Shown here in pieces: positions 1 through 10,361 of a stretch of 55,153 nt of DNA. The position numbers and the translations under genes are program-made. Source of the DNA: Patescibacteria group bacterium (GTDB lineage Bacteria; Patescibacteriota; Minisyncoccia; Phycocordibacterales; JAKFXT01); contig JAKFXT010000019.1 of the NCBI GenBank assembly GCA_021731245.1, positions 1-55,153 on the forward strand, in the 5' to 3' direction. Under the pieces are notes generated by a model. It was not told the DNA's origin, did no database searches, and was given only the letters and a program-made list of their open reading frames with translations. Numbering within the stretch: the stretch's first letter is position 1; every line of letters starts with the position of its first letter.

Positions 1-45
1 GACAGGGGGATAGTTTACTAAAATTCTATAAAAAGTATTTTTATC

Positions 46-849
46 CTAAATTGAGGCGGCTAAATCTCTCCACTGTGATAAAGAAAGGTCCTCCCCCCTT
101 ATGTTTAGGGGGATATTTGCCTTTCTGAAGGCTTTTTGTAGTTTTTCTCCAGAAATTATTGAAGAAAGGTTGGAAAAAAGGAATTTTCTCTTGTGAGCAA
201 AGCCTGTTTTAAGGATTTCAAACAACTCTTTTTCACTGAAACCTTTAAAAAAATCCTTATTTATATTTGTAATGGTGATAATGGCGGAATCCACATTTGG
301 CGCAGGGAAGAAATTGCCACGAGAGATATAAGAGACGAGAGTTGGCTTGCCATAAACCTTAACAGAAATTGAAAGTATGCTTTCTTTGCCATCACGCGCC
401 ACAACTCTTTGTCCCACCTCTTTTTGCACCATCAAGGTCATTGATGATGGTTGTATTTTGTTTTCCAAAAAAGTTCGGAAGATTTCCCCGGTAATATAAT
501 AAGGAATGTTTGCTACCAACTTCCAACTTCCAGTTTTTAGCTTTAAGCTTTTTAAATTTATGTCGCGTATATCCTTTTCAATTAAAATTAGTTTTTTATT
601 TTTTATATATTCACTAAACTTTTCTTTTAATCCGGGGATTAAGTCACGATCTTTCTCAATCGCATAAACAGTCGCCCCACTTAAAAGCAGATTTTCTGTG
701 AGCGTGCCCTTACCCGGACCTATTTCAAGAATAGTGTCTTCTTTGGTAACAGAAGCTGTTTCCACCATTCTTTTGACTACATTTTTATTGGTTAAGAAGT
801 TTTGTCCAAATTGTTTTTTGGGCCCCCTTTTGATTCTTGTCTTTAGCAT
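46..849 (-). CDS. rsmA: 16S rRNA m6,2A1518/1519 dimethyltransferase
   Basis: KKQFGQNFL, LEIGPGKG (SAM binding) and VANIPYYIT motifs. Confidence 0.96.
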   Translation of the reverse strand: MLKTRIKRGPKKQFGQNFLTNKNVVKRMVETASVTKEDTILEIGPGKGTLTENLLLSGATVYAIEKDRDLIPGLKEKFSEYIKNKKLILIEKDIRDINLKSLKLKTGSWKLVANIPYYITGEIFRTFLENKIQPSSMTLMVQKEVGQRVVARDGKESILSISVKVYGKPTLVSYISRGNFFPAPNVDSAIITITNINKDFFKGFSEKELFEILKTGFAHKRKFLFSNLSSIISGEKLQKAFRKANIPLNIRGEDLSLSQWRDLAASI

Positions 850-894
850 GAGGCCACCTTATACCTTTTTCTATTTTATTCAAGTCTAAAATTT

Positions 895-2856
895 TTATTC
901 CAAATAAACTATTTTTCCTCTAAAAGAATCATTTTCACCAAGTTCATTTTCTAAAATGTCCGGTGCTATGTCGTCTATAAAAGAAGAAGGAACATTCATG
1001 TTGCGTTGCCCGTATTGGCTTCTGACAGACGCATATGTAAGAAATAATTTTTTACGAGCACGAGTGAGCGCTACGTAAAACAATCTTCTCTCCTCTTCTT
1101 TTTCCTCAAGATTTTTTTTGCCACCCATACCCTCGTGTGGGAAAAGACCTTCTTCAAGTCCTGTGATAAAACAATAATTAAATTCGAGCCCCTTAGCCGC
1201 GTGTACTGTCATAAGGCGAACTCCTTCTTTTTCTTCTTTCAAATCATCTTGGTCACTGGTGAGTGCGCATTCGGTTAAAAACAAATCTAAGGCCTCCTGT
1301 GTTTCAAAAGAGTCATATTTACTGGCAACGGAAATAAGCTCAAACATATTTTCTAGTTTTTCTACTCCTGCATCCTTTTCTTCCTCGTAATATTTTTTAA
1401 GCCCACTTTTTTCTATAATAAAAAGTATAGTTTCCGAAAGCTTCTTATTTAAAGCCATATTTTTTATTTCTAGGAGAAGCTTTCTTACGCTAAAAATCTT
1501 TTCTTTGGTTGCACTTGGCAATTGTTCCTCGTGCCCTTCAATAATTTTAAGTAAAGTTGTCTTGCCGACACCTCTTGGTGGAGTATTAATGATTCTTCTA
1601 AAATCGTTCAAGCTATTTTCATCAAGGGAGGCGCGCAAGTAACTGATAATGTCTTTTATTTCTTTTCTTTCATAAAATTTTGTACCAAGAACCTGATAAG
1701 GAATATTTTCTTTAAGCATTATTTCTTCCATTATGCGTGATTGAAAATTGGCTCTGTACAAAATTGCCATATCTTTGGTTTTCATACCGCTTTGCAGTAA
1801 ACTTTTTATTTTTTGAGCAACGAAAGAGGCCTCATGATTTTCATCATATGCACCAAAGAGAGAAATTTTCTCCCCCTCTTCATTTTCTGTAAAAAGATTC
1901 TTATCTTTTCTTAAAGTATTTTTTTCAATAACAGCATTCGCCGCTTTTAAAATTATTTTGCTGGAGCGATAGTTCTGTTCAAGTAAAATGGTTTTAGTTT
2001 CGGGGTAATCTTTTTCAAAACGCATAATGTTTTTGAAATCAGCGCCGCGCCAACTATAAATACTTTGATCAATGTCACCCACGACACAAATGTTTTTCTT
2101 CTCTCCCGTTAAAAGTTTGGCAATTTCATACTGAACTTTGTTGGTATCTTGATACTCGTCTATATGAATATATTGCCAAATATTTTGATAGCGCTTCCTA
2201 ACGCCATCATTATCTTTTAATAAATTTTTTGTAACTAAAAGCAAATCATCAAAGTCGTAGGCCTTGTCATTTAAAAGCGTCGTCTGATATTTTCTCCAAA
2301 TTGAAAGAAGAATTTTATCAATATAATTCTCACTCGCTTTTTCTTCATAGTGCGAAAGAGAAATTCCCTCGCCTTTTTGTTTAGAAATTATGGAAAGAAA
2401 TTTGGCTGGCTCAAATTGTTTGGGATCTAAGGAAAGTTCTTTCAAGGCGCCTCTAATTGCACTAATAGAGTCGCTCCTATCGTAAATTGTGAAATGACGA
2501 GGGATTTTGAGTAAGGAAGAATTTTCTCGCAAAATGTGAACGCCAAGAGAATGAAAGGTCGAAATGAAAGGTCGTGCGAACTCGGAAATCGGTAAATTTA
2601 TAGTTTCGTCCTCCTCTATAAGTTTGAAAATGCGCTCGCGCATCTCTTTGGCGGCTTTGTTGGTAAAGGTAACTGCTAGTATTTGGTGGGGCGAAACCCC
2701 CTTTTTTATTATTTCCAACACCCTGTGGGTTATGGTTTTGGTCTTTCCTGCCCCGGCTCCCGCTAAAATTAGGAGGGGGCCACCTATCAATTCCGCCGCT
2801 TCTTTCTGTTTTAAATTCAAATCTTTTAAGTGGGACATAAAAGTAGAGTTTAACAT
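895..2856 (-). CDS. pcrA: ATP-dependent DNA helicase UvrD/PcrA (start may be ATG at 2838)
   Basis: AGAGAGKT, TFTNKAA, DEYQD, VGDIDQSIYSWRGA, TVHAAKGLEF and EERRLFYVALTRA SF1 helicase motifs. Confidence 0.95.
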   Translation of the reverse strand: MLNSTFMSHLKDLNLKQKEAAELIGGPLLILAGAGAGKTKTITHRVLEIIKKGVSPHQILAVTFTNKAAKEMRERIFKLIEEDETINLPISEFARPFISTFHSLGVHILRENSSLLKIPRHFTIYDRSDSISAIRGALKELSLDPKQFEPAKFLSIISKQKGEGISLSHYEEKASENYIDKILLSIWRKYQTTLLNDKAYDFDDLLLVTKNLLKDNDGVRKRYQNIWQYIHIDEYQDTNKVQYEIAKLLTGEKKNICVVGDIDQSIYSWRGADFKNIMRFEKDYPETKTILLEQNYRSSKIILKAANAVIEKNTLRKDKNLFTENEEGEKISLFGAYDENHEASFVAQKIKSLLQSGMKTKDMAILYRANFQSRIMEEIMLKENIPYQVLGTKFYERKEIKDIISYLRASLDENSLNDFRRIINTPPRGVGKTTLLKIIEGHEEQLPSATKEKIFSVRKLLLEIKNMALNKKLSETILFIIEKSGLKKYYEEEKDAGVEKLENMFELISVASKYDSFETQEALDLFLTECALTSDQDDLKEEKEGVRLMTVHAAKGLEFNYCFITGLEEGLFPHEGMGGKKNLEEKEEERRLFYVALTRARKKLFLTYASVRSQYGQRNMNVPSSFIDDIAPDILENELGENDSFRGKIVYLE

Positions 2857-2888
2857 ATACTAAAAGCTAACTTTTAAGCCCTAACTCA

Positions 2889-2897
2889 TTATCCACA
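2889..2897 (+). promoter_or_regulatory. DnaA box
   Basis: Perfect TTATCCACA in the divergent uvrD/M23 intergenic region; a single 9-mer could be chance. Confidence 0.4.
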
Positions 2898-2914
2898 TGA
2901 ACTTCCTGTTAAGG

Positions 2915-2942
2915 TTGACACCCCTTTTGAGGGGGGTATAGT
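2915..2942 (+). promoter_or_regulatory. sigma70-type promoter for the LysM/M23 gene
   Basis: TTGACA-N16-TATAGT. Confidence 0.6.
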
Positions 2943-3123
2943 AGATATATAGGGTGTGGAAGAAAGCCAAAAACCGACATAAAAACGGCTTAACAGAGCC
3001 ATTATTTCAGAAAAAAAAGATTAATTTAAATTAAAACTTATTAGAATAAAACAAAAACAAAACCCACCCAAATCTGTTAAAGGGGGGTTACATAGTGGAT
3101 TTTTACCGTTTCTCCTTAAACCG

Positions 3124-4119
3124 GTGAGACTAATTGTCATTTTTGCCTTGTTTTTCGTGATTCCCGGCGCAGCTAACGCTGGTTTTTTTTCGCTTATAAC
3201 TGATTTTTTTGAAAAACCAAAAGAAATAATTGAAAGTAGATCAGTCAACACTCAAACGATGGGACTTCTTCAGGCAGCGGTAAGTCCTGACCCAAATCCA
3301 GCTAAGGGTGGGGGTGACATCACAGTTGTTTCGGGTAGTGCCCTACTTTCAGAAGATGGGCCAGAAGGAACTTCTTTAGATGTTGAAGAAAAAACTCAAG
3401 CGGGACACATTAGTTTGTACGTTGTCCGTCAAGGAGACACTCTCTCAACAATTGCTAAGATTTTTGGTGTTACTAAAAACACAATAATGTGGGCCAATGA
3501 AATTCCAGGAGGCGTTATTAAGCCGGGGCAAACCCTCGTCATTTTGCCAATTTCTGGAGTTCAGCACACCGTTGCTAAGGGGGATACTATAAAATCAATT
3601 GCTAAAAAGTATAAAGCAGATGAAGAAGAAGTTTTTCAATATAACAATCTTGAAGAAACCGCAAAGATTGCCGTTGGAGACATTGTAATAGTTCCAGACG
3701 GTGAAATCGCAACAGCGCCTAAAGTAAAAGCCGTTACAAGTACTTGGAAGAAAAGTGTTGGTGGTCCAAAAATCGAAGGATATTATTTGAAGCCACTTCT
3801 TGGTGGCATAAGAACTCAAGGATTGCACGGATATAATGGGGTGGACATAGCGAGTTATTCTGGTGCCCCAATCCTAGCTTCAGCTACAGGGAATGTGATT
3901 ATAAGTAGAACAACAGGATGGAACGCTGGATACGGCCAATATATTGTTATTCAGCATGAAAACGGAACACAGACTCTCTATGGTCACTTAAGTAAAAACT
4001 TAGTTGGTGTTGGAGAGCGTGTAGTACAGGGACAAGTAATTGGTGAAATGGGCAGAACTGGAAAGTCCACCGGAGTACACCTTCACTTTGAAGTTCGCGG
4101 CGCCGCCAATCCGTTCTAG
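3124..4119 (+). CDS. LysM-domain M23 family peptidoglycan endopeptidase
   Basis: Signal peptide, two LysM repeats (YVVRQGDTLSTIA, HTVAKGDTIKSIA), HGYNGVD, YGHL and HLHFE M23 motifs. Confidence 0.92.
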   Translation: MRLIVIFALFFVIPGAANAGFFSLITDFFEKPKEIIESRSVNTQTMGLLQAAVSPDPNPAKGGGDITVVSGSALLSEDGPEGTSLDVEEKTQAGHISLYVVRQGDTLSTIAKIFGVTKNTIMWANEIPGGVIKPGQTLVILPISGVQHTVAKGDTIKSIAKKYKADEEEVFQYNNLEETAKIAVGDIVIVPDGEIATAPKVKAVTSTWKKSVGGPKIEGYYLKPLLGGIRTQGLHGYNGVDIASYSGAPILASATGNVIISRTTGWNAGYGQYIVIQHENGTQTLYGHLSKNLVGVGERVVQGQVIGEMGRTGKSTGVHLHFEVRGAANPF

Positions 4120-4122
4120 TTT

Positions 4123-4602
4123 TTATTGACCAATATGGTAGCAATGCTGATCTTCGTAAGATCCATTTATTTTTTCTTTGAAGGTTAGACCTCCTGGAGC
4201 TATTCCCATCTCTTTAATACTTAGATCAGCGCTCTCGTATTCTCCGGCCAGGCTTTTCTCATCCTTATTTATGAGTAAAAATTGCCCTCTATTTTCTATA
4301 ACAAGAGTTAAATATTTCCATTCTTTGCCGTTTAAAATTTCGATGTAGTAATATTTATAGTTAGGACTATAACACTCATATAGATCACTCCCTGGGTATA
4401 TTCTTTTCTGTGTTCTATAAATTTTTTCTTCTTCTTTAATATCAGAAAGGTATGAATTAGAGATTTTTGTTGGGGGTGATGGTGTTAATTCTGAAAAATT
4501 ACTAAAAGAGTCTTTGTTATTTTTATCTATATAGAAAAATATAGTAATGAAAATTATTGCAATTGAAATAAGGCTCAGTATTAATTTATTTTTTTGAATC
4601 AT
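4123..4602 (-). CDS. hypothetical membrane-anchored protein
   Basis: 159-aa ORF with N-terminal hydrophobic segment; TGC-TAATAT -10 element just upstream. Confidence 0.65.
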   Translation of the reverse strand: MIQKNKLILSLISIAIIFITIFFYIDKNNKDSFSNFSELTPSPPTKISNSYLSDIKEEEKIYRTQKRIYPGSDLYECYSPNYKYYYIEILNGKEWKYLTLVIENRGQFLLINKDEKSLAGEYESADLSIKEMGIAPGGLTFKEKINGSYEDQHCYHIGQ

Positions 4603-4626
4603 GTAGATAGGATATTAGCATGAATT

Positions 4627-6150
4627 TTAATTTTCTTTTTGTCTATACTGCAGTGCTTCCAAAATGTGTTTTGGGAGAACAAATCTTTCGTGTTCTAAAT
4701 CTGCAATGGTGCGTGCTAATTTTATAACTTTGTGATAGCTTCTGGCTGATAGTTGTAATTTTTCGGCTGAATTATTTAAAATCTCTCTTACCTCTTCGTT
4801 TAGTGGCACCAAATTTTCTATATCTTTGGCACTCATATCAGCGTTTAGCATTTTCTTTTTCTTACCCCCAAATCTTTTTTCTTGGTGTAGTCTTGCAGCA
4901 ATAACTTCTTTTTTAAATTCAACGCTGCCTTTGGCTTTTGTTTTTTCCCCCAAAATTTTGTGTTTTACCAAAGGCACTTCAATCCACATATCAATTCTGT
5001 CCGCTATGGGTCCGGAGATTTTCTTTTTGTATCTGCCAATATCTTTTGGTGTGCAGACACAGGGCTTTGTGCTTCCAAAATTCCCACATGGGCACGGGTT
5101 CAGCGCTGCAACTAAAATAAAATTTGCTGGGAAAATGCCACTTCCCTTTACACGAGTTATAGAAACTATTTTATCTTCCAGCGGTTGTCTTAAAGCGTCA
5201 ATTACACGACGCTCAAATTCTGGGAATTCGTCCAGGAAAAGAACTCCGCGATGGGAAAGAGTTACTTCTCCAGGACGAGGAAAAGATCCTCCACCAACCA
5301 AAGATATATAGGAAGCAGTGTGATGTGGGGCACGGAATGGCGGAATTGCTATATAACTTTCTCTTAAATTTCCAGAAACAGAATGAATTGCCGTAACCTC
5401 TAGTATTTCTTCATAAGAAAGTTCTGGGAGTATTGAAGTTAAAGCTCTCGCCAACATAGTTTTGCCAGTTCCTGCTGGGCCATATAAGGCGATATTGTGC
5501 CCGCCGGATGCGGCTATTAAGAGCCCACGCTTTCCTGCTTCTTGTCCTTTGATATCAGAAAAATTTCTGTCATCTAGATTTTCTGGTATTTTTATTTTAG
5601 TTTCTTTTTGTTGTATCAAAACAGGAGCTTTACTCAGAAGATGTTTTATAAGTTCTGATAAATTAGAAACTGGGTAAATTTTAATATCACGAATTAGCGC
5701 GGCTTCTTCAGCGTTATCTTTCGGAACATATATTTCTTTGAATCCTTTTTTCTTAGCTGTTTCAACGAGAGGTAATATTCCAGTAACGGCTCTTAAGTTT
5801 CCATTTAAAGATAACTCACCAATAAATATTTTGTCTTTTGTTTCAAAATCAATTTCTTCTTTGGCCAGTAAATACGAAAGAGCGATAGCGACATCATGAA
5901 GTGGACCTTCCTTTTTTAAATTTGCAGGGGCCAAAGAAACTACAATTTTTTGATTGTGAGATTTGGGAGATGAAAACCCAGAATGTTTTATGGCAGCGGA
6001 AACCCTATCTTTGGCTTCCTCGTTCGCTTTGTCAGCTAATCCTATAATTGAAAAATTGTGAAGACCTTTAGAAAGGTCAACTTCAACATCAATAATAAAT
6101 CCTTCTAATAAATGTGTTTGGGCGCTATGAACTTTCCCAATTTGTGCCAT
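4627..6150 (-). CDS. comM: YifB/ComM Mg-chelatase-like AAA+ ATPase
   Basis: GPAGTGKT, PFRAPHHT, PGEVTLSHRGVLFLDEFPEF, NPCPCG and ARTIADL. Confidence 0.93.
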   Translation of the reverse strand: MAQIGKVHSAQTHLLEGFIIDVEVDLSKGLHNFSIIGLADKANEEAKDRVSAAIKHSGFSSPKSHNQKIVVSLAPANLKKEGPLHDVAIALSYLLAKEEIDFETKDKIFIGELSLNGNLRAVTGILPLVETAKKKGFKEIYVPKDNAEEAALIRDIKIYPVSNLSELIKHLLSKAPVLIQQKETKIKIPENLDDRNFSDIKGQEAGKRGLLIAASGGHNIALYGPAGTGKTMLARALTSILPELSYEEILEVTAIHSVSGNLRESYIAIPPFRAPHHTASYISLVGGGSFPRPGEVTLSHRGVLFLDEFPEFERRVIDALRQPLEDKIVSITRVKGSGIFPANFILVAALNPCPCGNFGSTKPCVCTPKDIGRYKKKISGPIADRIDMWIEVPLVKHKILGEKTKAKGSVEFKKEVIAARLHQEKRFGGKKKKMLNADMSAKDIENLVPLNEEVREILNNSAEKLQLSARSYHKVIKLARTIADLEHERFVLPKHILEALQYRQKEN

Positions 6151-6155
6151 AAGGA

Positions 6156-6545
6156 CTATATTCCTTGCTCCCGGAGCTCAGCTTCTTTTTCTTTGTTCTC
6201 AATTGACGTTCGAGCAGCGGGGTTTGCTTCAAGGCGCTCAACTTCTATTTCTTTCCCTGATATTTCACAAATTCCGTAAGTGCAATCGCCTATTCTTTTC
6301 AGTGCACCTTTTACATCGTTATAGCGAATTTCTAATTGTTTTAGAATGGCGGTGTTTCCCTCATATTCTTCAATTGAGTCTGCAAGTTCCGATTCATCAG
6401 CTGAGTCAGGTCTTAAGTCAGAAGGAGTAGCTTCCCAATCGTTTTTATTATCAGGATTACGACGACCGACACTTTTCAATTCTGCTTCTAAGGTTTGTAA
6501 TTCTTCCTCTAGCTTTTTCTTAAAATGATTTGTATCTATAGACAT
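6156..6545 (-). CDS. DksA/TraR family protein with degenerate zinc finger
   Basis: Coiled coil followed by ALKRI..TYGICE..GKEIEVERLEANPAA. Confidence 0.85.
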   Translation of the reverse strand: MSIDTNHFKKKLEEELQTLEAELKSVGRRNPDNKNDWEATPSDLRPDSADESELADSIEEYEGNTAILKQLEIRYNDVKGALKRIGDCTYGICEISGKEIEVERLEANPAARTSIENKEKEAELREQGI

Positions 6546-6584
6546 ACCCGAATTCTAACATTAATGTATTTTTTTGATAATTTT

Positions 6585-7982
6585 TTAGTCCACCACTTTT
6601 CTAGCAGAAAGACCGCTTAGAATCTCAGCCAAGGTTTCAGGGTGTGAAGTGAAAACAATAGTTTCTCTATCTTTAAGAAAAGTGTATAAGAAAAGAAAGT
6701 TATTATTTTCATCATATAGGACTCTAGCGTCTTGATTCTTTATGGTTTCGTCCTTGAAGACCCTTCTGTTAGTTACAGAGTCGCTACTCGTTGCGTATTC
6801 AAAGTCGCCTGACGATCTCAAAACTTTACCAATATCTTCTTCGAGATTTTTTTCCCAATCAAGCATGCTGGCTCTCGCTGTATCATAGGAATCGGTTTTT
6901 AAAATTATAAAGGATTGGTTTTCTGTAAATCTGTGAAGGCCTAACATATATGAAGAATAAAGTGTGCGTAAAAGTTCTGACGGCATACGAAGTTCTAGAG
7001 CTCTCACAAATTCTTGTGTATTTAAGTTTTCTTCACGGAGTAGTCCTTTTTTTGTAAGTAGGACATTGCCCACTTCGTTTAGATTGTTTTGATTCTGTTT
7101 CCTCTCTGCTGCTATGGCAGCTCTAATATATGATGAGTTGCGCTTATCTGTTGATATTTTTGTTTCAAATTGTGTTGGTATAAATGGCTGGTCTCCGTTG
7201 GGAAGGTCAATTGTCATAATAGGCTCCTTCTCTTTAACTAATATGTAATAAAGCGCATATCCGCCACCGCCTAAAAGTATTAATCCTACAAAAACCGCCA
7301 CAATCTTTATTATTGAGGAGGATGATTTACCGGGTATTTTTTCGTCTGTATTATTGAGAGCTCCCTTTGGTGGAGTTATCATAGACTTCTGACTCATTTC
7401 AGAAGCCACAAAAGAAGTGAGAGTTGTTTTGCCACTACGCATCGCTTCTTGTATGTCACCTTCTAGAGTTCGGAGCTTTTTTATAATTGAAGAGTCAGTT
7501 TTTGGAGAATAGGAAATTTGTTTTAAGTTTTCTTTTATTTTATCTATTCCTTCAGGCGCTACATTTTCTTTGCTATTTTCGTATGAATAAGGAGAGGATG
7601 AGTCGGGCCTTGTTTTTGTGGTTGGTGGATTTTTAGCTACATTTGCCTCAATTGAAAGAAGGTCAGCAATTGTCTTTGGTCTATCTTGTTTAACTTCTGG
7701 TCTGTGAGGCGTTTGGATTATTTTTGGTTTTATTTTGGCACTAGTAATAGCCCCCAAATCTTCATCAAGATCTACCACATGAGTTGGTATTTCTTTTTCT
7801 ACAGGCTCATCATCGGACTCTGCTACAGGAGGCGTTTTCGGAATTGTGTTTCCTTCCGGAATTTTAGTTTCATCCGGCGTTAAAATAATATTATCAATTT
7901 CTGTTTTAGAAAATGATTTTTTAGAGTCCCCCTTACCTGATTGCAATTGGCTGTCTATCAGTTTTTGCAGATCATCTTTCAT
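6585..7982 (-). CDS. hypothetical bitopic membrane protein
   Basis: Long ORF with Pro/Ser/Thr-rich N-terminal half and one central TM helix; ATG at 7982 lies downstream of the hairpin. Confidence 0.8.
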   Translation of the reverse strand: MKDDLQKLIDSQLQSGKGDSKKSFSKTEIDNIILTPDETKIPEGNTIPKTPPVAESDDEPVEKEIPTHVVDLDEDLGAITSAKIKPKIIQTPHRPEVKQDRPKTIADLLSIEANVAKNPPTTKTRPDSSSPYSYENSKENVAPEGIDKIKENLKQISYSPKTDSSIIKKLRTLEGDIQEAMRSGKTTLTSFVASEMSQKSMITPPKGALNNTDEKIPGKSSSSIIKIVAVFVGLILLGGGGYALYYILVKEKEPIMTIDLPNGDQPFIPTQFETKISTDKRNSSYIRAAIAAERKQNQNNLNEVGNVLLTKKGLLREENLNTQEFVRALELRMPSELLRTLYSSYMLGLHRFTENQSFIILKTDSYDTARASMLDWEKNLEEDIGKVLRSSGDFEYATSSDSVTNRRVFKDETIKNQDARVLYDENNNFLFLYTFLKDRETIVFTSHPETLAEILSGLSARKVVD

Positions 7983-7993
7983 TTCAATATATA

Positions 7994-8030
7994 TTAACAC
8001 CCCTCCCCGTTGTTCGGGGAGGGGTGTTAA
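7994..8030 (-). terminator. hairpin downstream of pnp
   Basis: TTAACACCCCTCCCCG-N5-CGGGGAGGGGTGTTAA, 16-bp stem. Confidence 0.65.
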
Positions 8031-8043
8031 GTGAGTTTGGTAT

Positions 8044-10194
8044 TTATTTCGGCTGACTACTTACCGTTCCGCTTTGTGGCGGTTTCGCCCCATTCTTTTC
8101 TGCAAAAGTCGCATCTGCCTGTTTAATAGAAAGATTAACGCGGCCCCTATCATCAACTTCTTTTACAACAACAGGCACAACCATTCCTTCTTTTAATATG
8201 TCCGTTACTTTTTCAACTCGGAATGGTGCGATTTCAGAAATGTGCACCAAGCCCTCTGTGTTGTGTCCGATTTTTACAAAAGCTCCGAAGTCTAGAATTT
8301 TTACCACTGTGCCTTCGAATCTATCCCCTTTCACATACTCTCTCGTCATTTCCTCAATTATTTGTTTTGCTTTTTCTGCTCCTCCATCTTTTCCAGTAAT
8401 GAAAACAGTGCCGTCATCCTCAATATCAATTTCGGTCAATGTGTTTTCACGAATTTCGTTTATTGTTTTTCCACCGGAACCAATAATCATTCCAATCTGA
8501 TCTGGCTTTATTTTGAGCACTACTATCATTGGTGCACGCGGAGATATCTTTTCTTTTGCGTTCGGAATTTCTTTACTCAAAACACTCAAAATTTCTATGC
8601 GCGCTTTTTTCGCTTGCATGAGCGCTTCCTGTAAAATTTTTATGGAAACTCCAGACACCTTTACATCAAGTTGCACACCGGTAATTCCTTCTGTTGTTCC
8701 TGCAACTTTAAAATCCATATCCCCGTGCTCATCTTCTGGTCCTTGTATATCCGTCAGCACTTTATATTTACTATCACTTTCATACATTAGTCCCATAGCA
8801 ATTCCGGCCACACCTCTTTTTATTGGCACTCCTCCATCCATTAAAGCTAAAGTTGATGCGCAAACAGAACCCATTGAACTTGAGCCGTTTGAAGAAAGAG
8901 TTTCAGAAACAAGTCTAATTGTGTAAGGGAAAATATCTTTGTTTGGAATAACCGCACGCAATGATTTTTCTGCGAGTATTCCGTGCCCCACCATTCTTCT
9001 GTTTGTTCCACCCATTCTGCCAACTTCGCCAACAGAAAATGGAGGAAAATTATAATGATGCAAAAATCTTTTTTTCTTTTCTGATCCATCGACATAATCA
9101 ATTGTTTGCGAATCTTGTGGACCACCCAAAGTTAGCGCTGTGAACATATGGGTTTCACCTCTATAGAAGATACCTGAACCGTGCAACACGGGAGACACTC
9201 CACCAGCCTTAGCGTATAGAGAGCGAAGTTCATCCATTTTTCTTTCATCGGGGCGCCTCTCTTTTTCGATAGCTTCTTTGTGTAAATAATCATTAACAGC
9301 TTCTTCAAAGAGGTGTTCTGCAAGAGGAAGTTTCTCATCCCCAAACTTTTCTTCAAACTTTTCTTCCCAAATATTTTTTAATGCATAAATTCCTGCTTTG
9401 CCTGATCCGGAGAACATCGCCTTGTCTAAGTTTGGTGTAACAGCCTCGTGAAACAGCGCTAACCCCTCTTCACTCAAAGCCTTTTTTTCAAATTTTTGTT
9501 TTTCTTTTCCAATTTCTTTAATAATTTTTTTCTGAAAATCTTCAAGAATGGAAATATTTTTACTGGCAAATTCTAATGCTTCTGCCATATCGCTTTCTGA
9601 TATTTCTCCGGACTCCACCTCTATCATATTTATGAGTCCGTCCTTTCCGCAAACAACCATGTCAAAATCCAGTGTGCCTTCTGCTCTCTCTGCGAATGTT
9701 GGGTTAAGCAACCATTCTTTAGTTTCTTTTTTTCTAGAAACTCTAACGCTCCCCACTGGTCCATTCCAAGGAATGTCGGAGGTTGCAATTGCAAGAGAAC
9801 CCGCAAGAACTGCGAGTGTGTCTGGGTCGTGCTTGTCTACTGCAAGAGTTGTAATAACAACTTGAACATCGCGACGAATTGATTGATCAAAAAGTGGGCG
9901 AATAGTTCTGTCTAAAATGCGACCGCGTAAAATCGAATCATCTCCTGGCCTACCTTCGCGACGAATATATTGACTACCTTTTATTACGCCGGATGCATAA
10001 AACTTTTCTTCGTAATCAACCGTTAGTGGAAAATAATCACTATCTTTATCGTGCTTACCTATTACCGCTGTCGCAAGAACAGTTGTGTCTCCATAATGTA
10101 AAATTACAGAACCATTAGCTTGCCCCACAAGATCAGTAAATTCTGCTGTAATAGTTTCTCCAGCAAAATCCAAAGAATATTTTTTTTCTTTCAT
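8044..10194 (-). CDS. pnp: polyribonucleotide nucleotidyltransferase
   Basis: FPLTVDYEEK, HYNFPPFSVGE, SNGSSSM and GDMDFKVAG motifs plus KH and S1 domains. Confidence 0.97.
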   Translation of the reverse strand: MKEKKYSLDFAGETITAEFTDLVGQANGSVILHYGDTTVLATAVIGKHDKDSDYFPLTVDYEEKFYASGVIKGSQYIRREGRPGDDSILRGRILDRTIRPLFDQSIRRDVQVVITTLAVDKHDPDTLAVLAGSLAIATSDIPWNGPVGSVRVSRKKETKEWLLNPTFAERAEGTLDFDMVVCGKDGLINMIEVESGEISESDMAEALEFASKNISILEDFQKKIIKEIGKEKQKFEKKALSEEGLALFHEAVTPNLDKAMFSGSGKAGIYALKNIWEEKFEEKFGDEKLPLAEHLFEEAVNDYLHKEAIEKERRPDERKMDELRSLYAKAGGVSPVLHGSGIFYRGETHMFTALTLGGPQDSQTIDYVDGSEKKKRFLHHYNFPPFSVGEVGRMGGTNRRMVGHGILAEKSLRAVIPNKDIFPYTIRLVSETLSSNGSSSMGSVCASTLALMDGGVPIKRGVAGIAMGLMYESDSKYKVLTDIQGPEDEHGDMDFKVAGTTEGITGVQLDVKVSGVSIKILQEALMQAKKARIEILSVLSKEIPNAKEKISPRAPMIVVLKIKPDQIGMIIGSGGKTINEIRENTLTEIDIEDDGTVFITGKDGGAEKAKQIIEEMTREYVKGDRFEGTVVKILDFGAFVKIGHNTEGLVHISEIAPFRVEKVTDILKEGMVVPVVVKEVDDRGRVNLSIKQADATFAEKNGAKPPQSGTVSSQPK

Positions 10195-10319
10195 TATTTA
10201 TTTTTTGTAGAAACCTTCAGATTTCAGTACTGAAAGCTCATGCCTTCAAAACTGCTTATCCAAAGATTTCTCTAACTTGTAATTTCTTCACTTTAAGTAA
10301 TTTTGGGTAAAAAAGCAAA

Positions 10320-10349
10320 AGCCCGCCGAAACCAATGTTTCGGCGGGCT
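10320..10349 (-). terminator. intrinsic terminator after the NYN gene
   Basis: AGCCCGCCGAAAC-N4-GTTTCGGCGGGCT with T-run on the minus strand. Confidence 0.7.
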
Positions 10350-10361
10350 CTGCTGAAAAGT

